A DNA stretch of 64,000 bases from Calcarisporiella thermophila CBS 279.70. Its lineage: Eukaryota; Fungi; Calcarisporiellomycota. The stretch's first letter is position 1; each line of letters opens with the position of its first letter. Positions 13,096-25,339 of the stretch are shown here, one piece after another. The notes under the pieces were generated by a model, which was not told the origin of the DNA, made no database searches, and was given only the letters and a program-made list of their open reading frames with translations. The position numbers and the translations under genes were made by a program. Where the stretch lies: contig NW_027192208.1 in the NCBI RefSeq assembly GCF_041956535.1, positions 211,036 to 275,035 of the forward strand, given 5' to 3'.

Positions 13096-13524
13096 GGTTT
13101 CACCGTTCCGATGAAAGGAGGCGCGAGGGGGTAACAATCGCCAGTCAATAACAAAGGTGCAGATGGACAAAAATCAAAAAAAAAAAAAAATTTCCCCACT
13201 TTTGGATGGAGCACATGTATATTTCGCGATTTGGATATTCAAGCCACGAGCAGGCGGTGGCAAGAAGCTTAAGTGAATCAAGCGAAAATGCAAACAAACT
13301 AATACCTTTACTTCAGTAGAGTGTATGTGGGAAAAAGTAAGTCAAATCGCAATACAGGATAGAAAAGAAAGTATACAAGATTGAAAAGGGAGAAAAATGA
13401 ATGTTAATATCATATAAAAATAAAAATATCAAAGTGTTTCAAAATTAGTATTCTAGTTTGAGACAAATATAAAAAAGAAATAAGGGAAGAAAACTACTTT
13501 TTTTTTTTTAATTTAGAATGGTAT

Positions 13525-16500
13525 TTAGCAAACCCCTTTGAGGATTCGCCATGCTCTTTCTACACTTTTGACCTTCTCTTGCTCGTGATCGGAGGGCTCA
13601 TCATCGCAGCATTCGCAGCCCGAATCCGCCCCATCACCGCCCGCCTCCTTGATGATTCGATTCATCCGGCATAAGCGCTCCAGCACCTCTCCGACAACGC
13701 CGTGCGACATGAGCGGAGGCCGCGACACCAGCCGGCGCAGATAAAGGATATAGGCCGAGAGGATGTCCGCGAAATCTCTGCCCTTCATGGTGTGGGTCGG
13801 GGGTTGCGTTGCGATAGGGCACGACTCGGTCACGCGCCATACGTCAATCCAGGACTCTACGCCGCACAGCCCAACCAAGAAGTCGGCAAGCGTCTCGATC
13901 TCGCGCTCGAGGCGTGCCACGGGATCGATGTAGTAGGACTTCCGGCCGCCAGCTCGGCAGAAAGGCGACGTCTCCACCTCCTCGTCCTTCTCCTCCTCCT
14001 CATCCTCCTCGTCCTCGACGCTCTCAATCGCCCTCACTAGGGCCAATTTGGCGTCCACCTCGCGACGCTGCTCGGCAACCGCTCGCGATTTCGACAGCAC
14101 CCGCACAGCCTCCTGCACCTTCCCCCGCTTGAGCAGCGCCGTGCCCACCAGGGTGAACGCGATGATCTTCTTCGTCATGTCGGAGTATGTGCATGCGAGG
14201 CCCTCGGGGTCCTCGCCCAGACAGCCGCTCTCCTCCTCCTCCAGAATGTGCTGATGACAGTGGGGATGGTGCCTCGGCTCCACCTCCTTTAGCTTCACCA
14301 CAATGGCATCCCCAAGCTCCACGCTGCCGAAATAGTACGCCTCTACAGCAGCGGCAACGAGCGCATACCAATAGGCAGGGGTTGCGGGGTCGGCTCGGGC
14401 GACCACGCGGGATATGACGGGCTCATCGTAGCTGCTGCTCACGGGGTCTCTCTTTTTGTTGGCGGAGTTGGTGAGGGGAGAGGAGATCAGACTCATCAGG
14501 TGCACGTACGCGACGCGGAGATGATGTAGGGCCTGCAGGTTGGAAAGCAGGGCCAGAGGAACCGCCTGGAGGTTGAATACAGAGGAGGGCTCGGAAAAGC
14601 CCAGCTTCTTTTTGGGGCCCGCAGCGTCGCGGCCAAGTCGCACCGCATGGTTGAGGGTGATGAGCGCGTCCCTCCAAACCGCGCTAGTGACCATAGTCTC
14701 CCGCATCCGCTCCATATTGACGCTGCCACAACCATCCGTGGACACCTCTTCATCCTCTTCGTCCCGCTGCTCCGACACGGCTAGCGCGTGCTGCAGCCAC
14801 CTCCCACCCACACTTTCGTCCTGCTCGGTCTGAGCCGTCCTGACCGCCAACTCCCAAAAGTATTTCGGGATCGCTCTCGAGCCCATCATCCCCTTGGGCA
14901 ACGCAATCGCAAACTGGATGGCGGCGGTGACATACACGCGGGCAAGGCTGGAATCGGACGAATACTCCTCGGTTTCGGCAAGCTCCGCCAGATTAAGTGT
15001 GCGCAGGGCTGAGTACAAAATGGAGAGACGCGAGGCCCTGGGGTTGCCTCCGCAGCACTCGGCCTCGCCCATGTGGAGCCAGCGCGCAACCGCAGCCGTC
15101 TCATCCAACTCAGTTTCCCACGGTGCTATGTCGACGCAAATAAGTCGGCGTACAATAAAGCGGAGAGCCTCGGCCACCACTCCAAACACCAGCCGCCAAC
15201 CGCCAGTAGGAAGGGCATGCATGGACTCTGAGAGCGTTCGGTACACTTGCTGAGGCGTTCTCGACTCGGAAACGGATGTGACCATCGAGTGCTGTCGGTT
15301 GCGATCGCTATTCACCCGGCGGGCCCTTGTATCAGCGATATTACCGTCAGTGCGCGAGAAATACACGAGGCATGCGAAGAGGATCGCGGTGCGCACGGCC
15401 CACCAGATCCAAGAGAGATTGAACCAAGCGCTGGCGCCGCCCGTTCCCAGCGGAACACCCCCGAGGGTCTTCTCCTCGGGGTGGTAGTGGCGGTGCTCCC
15501 GACCGCCAAACACGTTGTAGGGCGAATAGAATAAGGACACCGAGAGGAAGACGCCCATCAGTGCCTTGCCAGACTTGCGACCACGACCACGTGACGGAGG
15601 GGGAGGGGACAACGAGTCACGGTCGGAGGACTCGGAGGACGACATAGACCTGTCGCGTCCTTTTCGTTTGGTGCCTGTGGCTTGCTGCTTCTCCTTCTCT
15701 TTTTCAAGCATAAACCTCTGCAGCAGGTCTCCACCGCCAGGCAACAGCTTCACCATTGCCCGTAGGGTGGAGTTTTCCCCCCGCAGCTCCTCGTTGCTCC
15801 TCTTCAGATAGATGATGTACTCGGTCGCCTTTCGTAGAATGGTGGCCTTGTTCAGTTTTGTAGCCGCTACAACCCCATCGATTTCCTCCTCGGAGTCGTG
15901 CTTGGATCGCAGATGACACAGTGCCGGGACCACGTTTTTGAGGTCGGCAATCCGGTCGTTGATGTTGTTGCGGTAGCGGCGTTCGATGGCATTATGCGCC
16001 ACTTTTTTCTGCTTTTTCATTTCCAGCGGTTCGGGCTCGGGTCCAGGGGAAGGCTCAGAGGGGACGGAGTGATTTGCGGTCATGGAGGGTGGCGGGGTGA
16101 CGGAACGGTGGTAGTGCTGCTGCTCACAAGCTGAAGTTGACATCGTGTCCATGTTGAGGAGCCCGCTGTCCCCCCACTGGTCGTTGTTGAGCAGCATTAG
16201 TGCCTTCAGGAACGGCTCGCCGTTGGGTAGGTTTGCCGGGGCAGGGGCCGAGAAAGGAGTCACGGGCGACGAAAGATCCTCACTATTAGGGATTTTGATG
16301 GCGGGGGCAAAGTACGAGCCCTTCGCCATGCTCTCGTCCACCAGCGGCCCAGAATCACTAGGCTTCGCTGGTTGATCCCTGGTCTGTTTTGTTTCCCTGG
16401 TTGGCTGTGTTGGCTGCCGCTGTTTACGTGATTTTCCGGTTGCATCCTCGTTATTCCGGCGGCGTTTCGTGTTCCGCGCATCGGCATCGGTCTGCCCATT

Positions 16501-17154
16501 AGCCTCCGTGTTCAACGCGTTGATCATTCCAGGGTCCTTTCGATCGGGCTGTTGGGCGCCCAACATGACTAGGCCGGACAAGAAATTGTCGAACATGGCC
16601 TGATTGTAGATTGGTTTCCCGTCATGAATAGGGAATGCGGCGCTACCGTGCATTTCGGGAGAGCTGAGGGCAGCCATGATGTCGTTTGGAGAGCTGAGTA
16701 GGGAATCGGTCGTCGTGGACAGGGGAGTGGTGGAGAAAGAGGCACTAGGGGTTTCCGGGTGCACGTCCTCACGAGTCATCTATGAGAGAGGGTTGGGAAG
16801 GGTTAGCAACGTATTCATGCAGCAGCCGAATTAGGAGGAAAAACAGATATTTACATGATAACCTTTGGCGGCATTGTCTTTATCGCCATACATGGAATCT
16901 CGTTGGTATCCAAAGAAGAGCTGTGCGGGAGACACTACATTATCGCCGGTGGCTGCGAGAGTGGGAAGTTGTGCGGGCTTCACCGGGGGGCTATCGGCGG
17001 TCATGCTGCTGCTGCTGCTGCTATCGTCATTCTGGTGGCCAGAGGATGTGGTGAATTCATCGAAAAACGATTCACACATTAATAGATCCTGGAGATCTGA
17101 GGGCTGCAGCGAGACGTGATCGAGATAGCTTTCGTTTTCGAAGCAGCCCGTCAT
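13525..17154 (-). CDS. SREBP: SREBP-family membrane-bound bHLH transcription factor, copy B
   Basis: Exon 1 17154-16855 + phase-0 intron 16780-16854 + ORF 16779-13525. Same bHLH (HNAIERRYRNNINDRI), two TM segments and C-terminal domain as copy A. Confidence 0.92.
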
Positions 17155-18008
17155 TAGTAGGATGAGAGTAAATCAAGAAACGGTTCACAATTTAACAGGA
17201 AATAAGCATGAAACTATAAATTCGAAAAAAAAAAAAATTGCGTGTTGTGGAAAATGCGGATTAGTACTATTTAATTTTAGTGTTGAGTAGATTAAAAAAA
17301 AATAATAGAATAAAAGTAGTGAGAAGATTCGACCAAGTATAAGCGAAAACAAAAAGTGGCATGATTTTATCATTTTCAATCTAATCTGGTACATCGGGCA
17401 TCAGAAATGTTTCAGACGGTGGTGTACAAATCGAAGCAACCGCGCAGGCATCTCATGACACTGAATTCGAATTGTCAGGCAACATTTTCCGATTCTCACC
17501 CATTTTGCACTGAATCGTACGAGCCAGACTCGATTCCGGCTCCCCATTTCCCCTGCCTCTCCTCGCCAACCATAGAATAGAGCTCCTTTTTTGCGAGCAT
17601 CGCCACCTCATCTCCTCTTGCTGATAACTCCTCTCCGCCCACTCGCTTACCCTAGCCCGTGCTCGGCCACTTCATCGATAGTCCCCTGGTGCTCGTCAAA
17701 TGGAGCCGGTTCAAGGCACGGTGGGCAAGATGCGAATCGATTCGGATTCATATTAACAACCCATATTTATTTCTCTTGCTCGTCATTAAATATGACGACA
17801 CATAGCACCTGGAAAAGAAATTCAGCTGAGGATTCAGCTAATTTTACACGAGTCAATGCATCCCATTCCGGTGGAAGGGGTGGAATAACTAGGGAAAACT
17901 AGGGGAGAGTCAAAACAAAAGCTAGGAGAAGATAGAGGGTAATAAAAACAACAGGAGCCCATTCATGTGATGGTGACGGAAGTGAGCCAAAATGGATTAG
18001 GAGACGCT

Positions 18009-19665
18009 TCATTCAACTTGCATCCCATTTTCTTCCTCCTCTTCCTCGTCAACCATCTCATCCACCTCGTCTAGATCTTCATCTTCATCTTCTAAATCCT
18101 CCTCCACATTGGTGGCCGCATTGGCCCACATTGCACCGGAGGTAACAGCTTGAGGCATAGCCTGTGGCAACGATCCGGGCCGCTGTCCCTGCTGCTCCGT
18201 AGGGCCTGGCGGCGGTGGCTGAGCGACCGAAAGGTCGCCACTACTGTCTGGGTAGTCGGCTTCATGCGCGCCCGACGGATGGTGATTGCCTGCACCGTTG
18301 ATATGGGCAACCGGATGTGGGCTATCTGCAGAGTCTGCCACAGTGGCGGGAGCAGAGCCCGGGGTAGAGCCGTGGGCCGCGCCGGGAGACGTCGCCAGCG
18401 GAGAATTCTGGGGAGGGACCCCCGAGGTAAGCTTCTGGTCGGTCATTTGGAAATCCTGCCAGATGTAGTTGCGGCAGAGGTTGGCGTTCGGAAGGTCCTG
18501 GATCATCTTTGAGATGGTCGGGTGGGTGAACCCGTAGTAGTCGGGGCCGGACGCCGAATTCGAGTGTTCTCTCTTCCGTATTGCGTTGGCTTCGCGTACC
18601 ACGGACGTCCATGCTCCCGTCGCCGAGTTGGCAATGATCGGACGATCGCGCCTATCGTCCGGGGTAATGATGAATTTGGGGGCGTCTCCGCCGTCGACGA
18701 TTTCGCAGTGGTAGATGACCTGCTTATCGGGGTCGAGGGTGCTCATATAGGGTCGTGATACGCGGAAGCCCACAGGCCACAGGTAGCGGGCCGAATGAAA
18801 AGTGTCCCGGTCATACACGATGTGGCCGAGGCTATGCACCGTCAGGATCCCGATCTGAACGGGGAGAATGTAGTTGCCACTCTCGTCCTTGTCAACAGGG
18901 TGTGCACGACGTATTCGCCCGCGAACGGGGCGCGCAGCTTTACTTTTTGCCTTTTCGAGTGCCTCTGCAGTAGGAAGCGGCACATCTGGTACCGCGGTGT
19001 GGTGAGAATAGTGTAGGGATTGCGATGAGGTCTGGGAGGGGTGCCTTTTCCCAGAGGGTGCTTTTCTAGTATGCAGCGATGAAGGGTTGATTAACGATGG
19101 AGCAGAGGTGGGCGGAGGCGAGCTTTTTGGTGTGCTGGTGAATGCGGCTAATGGAGGGGGGGAGGGGAGGACGGGTGTGAATAAAGATTTGCTTTCCAAA
19201 AATGAGCAAAGCTGACATTTTAAAACCTACGTGTCATTTCTCCGGTCTCTGCTTCGGACGGCGACATATGCGACTCGCCCTCCTCTGCCGAGCCCCAGCC
19301 TTCCACCTGCGTCAGCCGATCCAAAATAACACTACAAAGCGATTATCCAGCCATTAATGATCCGATCACACTCCTGGAATCAGCCCAAGCAGCCCTTACC
19401 TCTTTTCCTTCTTCAACTGCCTGATTTTCTTTTGCGCCCTGGCCAATTCCTCTGCTAAGACGTCATTATGCTATGTAATGGTAGAATTTTCAATTTGCCA
19501 GCTGTGACAGTAGAAATAAAATAATCCGCTAGTCACCTGCAACACCTCTTTCAATTTTCGTTTCAACTGTTTATATTTTTCCTCGGAAAATCCGCTCTGC
19601 TCCTTTGAATGGCTCCGGGCGCTGGAAGTGGGTGTGAGTCGCTGAGAAGATGATGTGGGTGACAT
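18009..19665 (-). CDS. FYRN/FYRC-domain chromatin protein (TBRG1-like)
   Basis: N-terminal coiled coil EKYKQLKRKLKEVLQ...EELARAQKKIRQLKKEK across short introns; FYRN LPVQIGILTVHSLGHI...LWPVGFRVSRPY; FYRC YHCEIVDGGDAPKF...SGPDYYGFTHPTISKMIQDLPNANLCRNY; acidic tail. Confidence 0.85.
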
Positions 19666-20965
19666 TTTGATTATCTAGATTCTTTGCGGGCGATCACTGC
19701 GTGTTTCTTGATCAAAGGATTTTTTTAGGAATGCGATTAAAATGAAAAAAAAAATAGTCTGGGAGGAAAATAAAGAACACTACGGGATTATACAACAGAG
19801 TACAGCGGGATTAATTAAGAGACTCGTCAAGGCGATGGCGTCTAGGAGAACGAGGGCTGTTTATGGCCAGGGAAAGATGAGGGTTTGGCGCAGGTTGAAA
19901 TGAAAACAAAAAAACCCGCGAGGGGAAGCAAAGTCAGGGGTCGTCTTGGTCAACTTGCCGACTAAGCCAACCTGTCACGCACTCTATTGAAGGCTAGTCC
20001 CAATAATTTCGCGGTCTGGCTGCACTCAAATTGGATGCGTTTTCAAAATTTGACACATTTTACAAGTTAGATGAGATGTGAAAACTGATTTTTATTTAAT
20101 GCAATGTCAGATTCAACAATAAAAAACAAGGGCATCGGCTCCATCGTCATTCCTAATCGTGATAGAATGAGGGTCATTAGTCATTGCTCAACACAAAAAA
20201 AAATGTTGGCAGGATCAAGTGAAAAAATGGCTTGATCAGAGATTCAAAGTCTTCGACACAATGGTTAAGACAGGGATAACTTAATTTTTCTTAAAGAAAA
20301 ATGGCACATCATATGCATTTCCCTTGAAGAGAGAACCAAAAACACTTCGTGGATAGCCTACCTAGAAGGATGGATGGATGGGGTGGACACCGGAAAACGC
20401 GAAAAAAAAAGGAAATAAGGAAACGCACGAAGTAGAGAGAGCAAAAGAAGATGGGCCTCCTAGAATCGACCTCTTGGATTATTTATTCTGAAAGATGAGC
20501 TGTCACATATACGGTCACGCTTACCAATTCTGTGACGGCTCTAGGAGGTCGGAATGCGGCCTCCAATTCCACGCAACACGTCCAGCAGGGCTTAGCCCTG
20601 CTCGAATGGAGCCCCCGCTCTTCAGCACTCTATCTGTGGTCAGAGGCGCCGTGACAAAATGAGGGAGGGGGGTACGGGGGGAGAATTCGATTAGGTCCTG
20701 TAATCCTGTTTTAATTAACCTGGTCCGACCGATTGGTCCTCATGGATCACCCGCATTGGTGAAACTCGGGTACAGTCACATCTTCGATTAGAAAACCAAG
20801 TCCATCGTCCCTGCCTCTCTTCTTTGTTTGCAACTCTCTCCTGGCCGCCGGCTCCTCTCCTCTTCTCTCCTTCCTCAACACGCACGCTCCACACATCTCC
20901 TTGTCCCGCCCGTTGATGCGCTGTTTCTTGCTATCGGCTTGACGTTTTGCATGCATCTATAAGAT

Positions 20966-21785
20966 ATGCGAAGGGCCCACTTTTTGCTTCTTCTCCTGAT
21001 CACCCTGACCCTCTTCACGGCGACGCACGCCGCCATTTTCGACGACATCCTGGATGGGCTGGTTCCAAAAGATGGGGATGGAAACAACGGAGGTGGCAAT
21101 GGCGGGGGCGACGACGGATCCAACAACGGCGGCGGAGGCAACAGCAGCGGCGGAAAGCCTACTGCGCAACCCTCCCAAGATACCCCCCCCAACGCTTCAC
21201 AGCAACCCGATTCCAAGTCCCCCGACTCAAAACCAACCGCGACGAGCGCTGCAGAAGCCTCGTCGCCCAGCGCTGCCCCGCCAACTCCCCCACCCTCCCC
21301 CTCCTCTCCCGCGCAACCCTCGCCCCCGGCCTCTTCAGCATCCCAGGTCGCCTCGCCATCCCGGGCGACCTCGGCCCCAGAGAGCAATACCGCCAAAGCC
21401 TCCGCGTCCGCCACCAATATTCTGTCCCTCCTGACTCAGCTTCCACCCCCCTCCTTCACGCAGAGCTATGGGTTTGTCCCCGCGGGAACCCTCATGCCGG
21501 GATCACGTGCGTGCAAGGAGTATATGAACCATTGCCGAGATCAAACGTGTATGTTTTCGATGTACCGCGCCATGTGTGACGAAAACGGAGTTGGCCACTG
21601 GTAAGTCGAGCTCGTCCCCTCCAGCGGTGCGATTGTTCAAGAAGCGGAACCGAAATGGTTTTAATTTCCCTTGTGACTTTAGTGAATGTTTAGGAACAAA
21701 CGGGGGTCCCTTTACGAAATCGCTTGGGCTGTCAGTCCTCGGAGGTGTCGGGAGCCTGGCTGTAGCCGGGCTTGTTGCATTGTAA
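20966..21785 (+). CDS. Secreted Ser/Pro-rich, probably GPI-anchored cell-surface protein with small Cys-rich domain
   Basis: Signal peptide MRRAHFLLLLLITLTLFTATHA; G/N then S/P/A low-complexity stalk; intron 21601-21682 restores CKEYMNHCRDQTC...MCDENGVGHCEC; hydrophobic C-terminus LGLSVLGGVGSLAVAGLVAL. Confidence 0.8.
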
Positions 21786-22331
21786 TTTTTTTTGCATTTC
21801 TTTTGGTGATTTCATTTCATTTATATCAATGCATTATGCCATCTCTTCCCTTCTTCTGCTGCTTGCCAAGTCCTATCACCCGCTTTCTCTTCTAAATAGC
21901 TTTTGCCGATATTTGCATTTGCCCTTAATAACATATATATATTTTACAGACAAACAGAAAAAGTGCAGCTGGTGGGCAGAAAAATGAGGAGAAAAAAAAA
22001 ATCAAAAGAAAGAAAGGGCAAGAAGTGGGAAGAGAAATAGAAGAACAACAAAGGATCATTTCACAAATCCACTGCAAGAGAAAGAAAATAAAAAAAAAGA
22101 AAGAAAAATGCAAACATTATGTAACAGGGATAAATGAGTCAACAAGAGAAGAACCTTATAAAAAAAAAGACAATCTTTGATCATTATAACAATTAAGGGA
22201 AGAGAAACAAAACAAGAAGGGGATGGAAGAAAAAAAAAAAAGTAATATGACGATGAGCTGGGCGATGTACAAACGCAAAAGGAAAAAAAAAAGGAATGGG
22301 CGGAGACGAGCACTAGAGGAAGCTTGCGTAT

Positions 22332-23453
22332 TTATCCAATATAACATCTCTCTATTTGTCCGCTGACCCCCTCTCTCGCATTCTGCAGCAGTTGCTGAGA
22401 ATAAAGAGGCCCGCTAGCCGAGCTGAGCACGGAGGGGTAGGGCTCCGCAGCATCGCCCGCGCTGTTCCCAGCAGTCCAGCCGGGGCTGGGTGCGGTGGAG
22501 GAGGGTGGATTGCTAACGGAATAATATCCTCCCGCCAGATACGGCGCCGAGGACAGGTATCCATAGTAGTCCGCCAGCGAGGGCTCGAGAGCATAGGGGT
22601 GGTAATAGTAGCCGCTGGAGTAGGGGGTATTGGAGAAGGGGCCGGGGGTGCCGCCGGCGTTTGGCGTGTAGTTGCGGGGGCGGGCGGGGGCGTGGGGGGA
22701 CACGAGGTTGGGGGTTGGGGCGGACGAGGAGCGGCGGGGGCGGCGGATGGGGCCGGCGGCCGGGAAGGTGCGCGGCGAGTCCTTGGCGGTGTAGTCGATG
22801 GTCCAGTAGCCGCCCTTGCCGGGCTCGGTGGCGGACTTGTCGGCGCGGATGAAGATGCTCTTCATCGTGAGGTTGTGGCGGATCGAGTTCTTCCACGTGG
22901 GCTGCGCGTTGTGGAAGTAAGGGTAGTGGGTGAGGAAGTACTCGTAGATCTCCGAGACGGTCATGCGCTTGCTGGGGCTCGACTCGATCGCGTTGACGAT
23001 CAGCGTCGCGTAGGACATGGGGGGGCGGCCGTTGGACTTGATGGTGGTGGTGGGCTCCACGAGCACGGCGGGGGCGGCCACCTTGGGCGCGAGCGGCTGC
23101 GGGGTCTCCTTGGTGGGGGTGGAGGAGGGGGTGGTGGAGGCGGAGGGCGAGGTGAGGGAGGCGGCCGTGGACGAGCCCGGCGTGTTCAGCGAGGGATAGG
23201 CCGGGTACCCGGCGACGGCGGGATAGCTCCACGCGTGGACCTCCAGCCCGGACGCGGCGGACGCGGGGGCGCCGATGGCGGCGGAGGGGGGGGCGTCGGG
23301 CTTTTCCGGCGTGTGCGGCCCCGCGGAATGCGGATGGGCGAGCACGGAATTAGCGAGGGGCGCGAGGTTGGTCGCGGAGGGTTGCTGGTGGGCGAACGCC
23401 GAGTCTTTCCAGTCGAAGTGCAGCTTATTGATACCGTAGTCAACCGAGGCCAT
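22332..23453 (-). CDS. Forkhead-box transcription factor (no FHA domain seen)
   Basis: ATG 23453; RPPMSYATLIVNAIESSPSKRMTVSEIYEYF...WKNSIRHNLT...PGKGGYWTID. Confidence 0.92.
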   Translation of the reverse strand: MASVDYGINKLHFDWKDSAFAHQQPSATNLAPLANSVLAHPHSAGPHTPEKPDAPPSAAIGAPASAASGLEVHAWSYPAVAGYPAYPSLNTPGSSTAASLTSPSASTTPSSTPTKETPQPLAPKVAAPAVLVEPTTTIKSNGRPPMSYATLIVNAIESSPSKRMTVSEIYEYFLTHYPYFHNAQPTWKNSIRHNLTMKSIFIRADKSATEPGKGGYWTIDYTAKDSPRTFPAAGPIRRPRRSSSAPTPNLVSPHAPARPRNYTPNAGGTPGPFSNTPYSSGYYYHPYALEPSLADYYGYLSSAPYLAGGYYSVSNPPSSTAPSPGWTAGNSAGDAAEPYPSVLSSASGPLYSQQLLQNAREGVSGQIERCYIG

Positions 23454-25339
23454 CAAAGTGCTCCTGACTGTTAACACGCTGTGACGGGGGGGGGGGGGAG
23501 AGGGGGCGGCGGGGGGGAGGGGTGCGAAGGTCTGAAGAGCGCGTGGGGGGGGGGATAAGCCGTGGGACAGACGGGGGAGGGCAAGCGATAGCTTTGATTA
23601 GGACGGGGGGATAGTGTTCACGTTGGCAGCAATGGCGGCAGCAGGAGGAAAAAGAAGCACCGCGGGATCCGAGGGGAAGAGCTGGGGAGGTGTGAAAAAA
23701 AAACAGGATAAAGTGGGGAGGGGGGATTTGTCCGAGCGCTTTTATAACCAAAAACAATGACAGCCCGAACTGCAGCAAGTATGAGACTCAATATACGTTT
23801 AGAGGGAATTAAAAAAAAAAGATGGGCCAGCATTGGAGGGCCGGCACCCGGTGGAGGGCAACCGTTTGACAAGAACCAGGCGCGCTGTAACCGTAACAAG
23901 TAAATGCCAACGAGCGTCCAAGAGAAAATAAAAGAGAAGAAGAGAAAACAAAAAAAGCCTGCATGGACCATCTTAGGCTTGCACAACATTTCGGGAATCC
24001 AATGGCCGCTCGACAAGGGCCAGCGCGGGCAGCATTTGGAAGGCTCAATCAAGGGCAACTGATGGTATTTAATTACCGTGCAGATACGTCGCAACTTTAA
24101 TATATGCAAGTGACGTGCGCTCGTTTCCCTATTGCGGCGATGCCTTGCGCTCCTCCTCTGTTCCCCCCCCCCCCCCTGCCCTCGCCTCTGATGGAAGGCT
24201 GCGCGATCTCTACTCTCAGCACTCGCAGTCACGTCGTCGGCTTTTCCTTTTTGCGTTGTGACCTAAAACCGACAGGCGCACGCTCCAAGGGGAGCAGGGC
24301 GGATTTCAGATGCCCCCGCCTCTCCCTGGCGGCCAGCGCTGGTAACATGACTCGCCCGGTGGAGATTGGCCCCGTTTCCCTTAAGGTGGGCCGCCTGAGC
24401 CGAGGGTGGAGAGGCTGTGCCCGGGGTGGCTCTCTCCACGGAACAAGGGTCAGGTGCGGGAGAGATCGGTATGCAATCTCACCAACGGCCTGGACATTAG
24501 CGTTATTCATGTCGCCCGTCTGTCCGCCCTAACAAATTACCTGCATATCAACAAAAACAATGGCATCGCGCCCGCCGTCCAACCAGCCTCCTCCCCCGGC
24601 CTTTTCCAGAAGCTCGGGATCGATTGCCGCCGGCCAATCGCGTGCGATCGTTTGTGCACGATATCGTAATGGATTGCGAATCGCCGGTGGCGATGGGAGG
24701 CGCGCGACGGGAGCTGACCAAAACAGATCTGGGCCGGTTCGAGTGCTCCTATCAGGGCCGGCCCACGCTCGCGCGTGCTCCCGGCGGCCGCGGGTGGGAA
24801 AACAGGCCACAACCACCCTGGGCCGCCGCCTTACGAAGGCAGGGGAAAACAGGGCGGGCGCGCTGGAAACCTTGTGGAGTTAGAGTTGCGCCCCACGCGC
24901 CCCCCCCCCCCCTCCACCCTTCCCCTTCGAAGCTCCGCCCGGCAGCGCAAATGGGCCCCCGGGCAAGCATGCATGCGGCACGGATTAGGAGGATTTGCGT
25001 AAGGAGAGAAGGGCCGGCCGTCGCAGGCGCTGCAAAGGGGAGCAGAGCGGATCTCTGCCAGCAGCATGCGCGTGTATGTCGCCGTCAGCCTGTTCTGCCG
25101 GGCCGGAACTGGCGAGGAGGAGCAGCTACGGGCTGTCACTCAGAACAGACACTCGGGGCGCTAGCCTCAGCAGCGGATTGTATATGGCAGTCAGTTTTAT
25201 AGCGTGTGGGAGACAAAAGCAGCACGGAAGATGGAAAGGCGACAGCGAACAGGAGGAGAGGGGGAAGGAGAAAAAAAAGAAGAAATGGAAAAATACAAAG
25301 AAGAGAACAATAAACACAATCCCAACTAATGAATCAGCA

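Noticed and set aside
22356-23474. 372-aa antisense ORF and 239-aa alternative-frame ORF over the forkhead gene
   Set aside because: Explained by the extreme GC/GC3 bias of the forkhead CDS; translations are G/V/R low-complexity mirrors.
23618-25202. Several 90-200 aa ORFs upstream of forkhead
   Set aside because: GC-rich regulatory DNA with overlapping ORFs on both strands and no recognisable domains.
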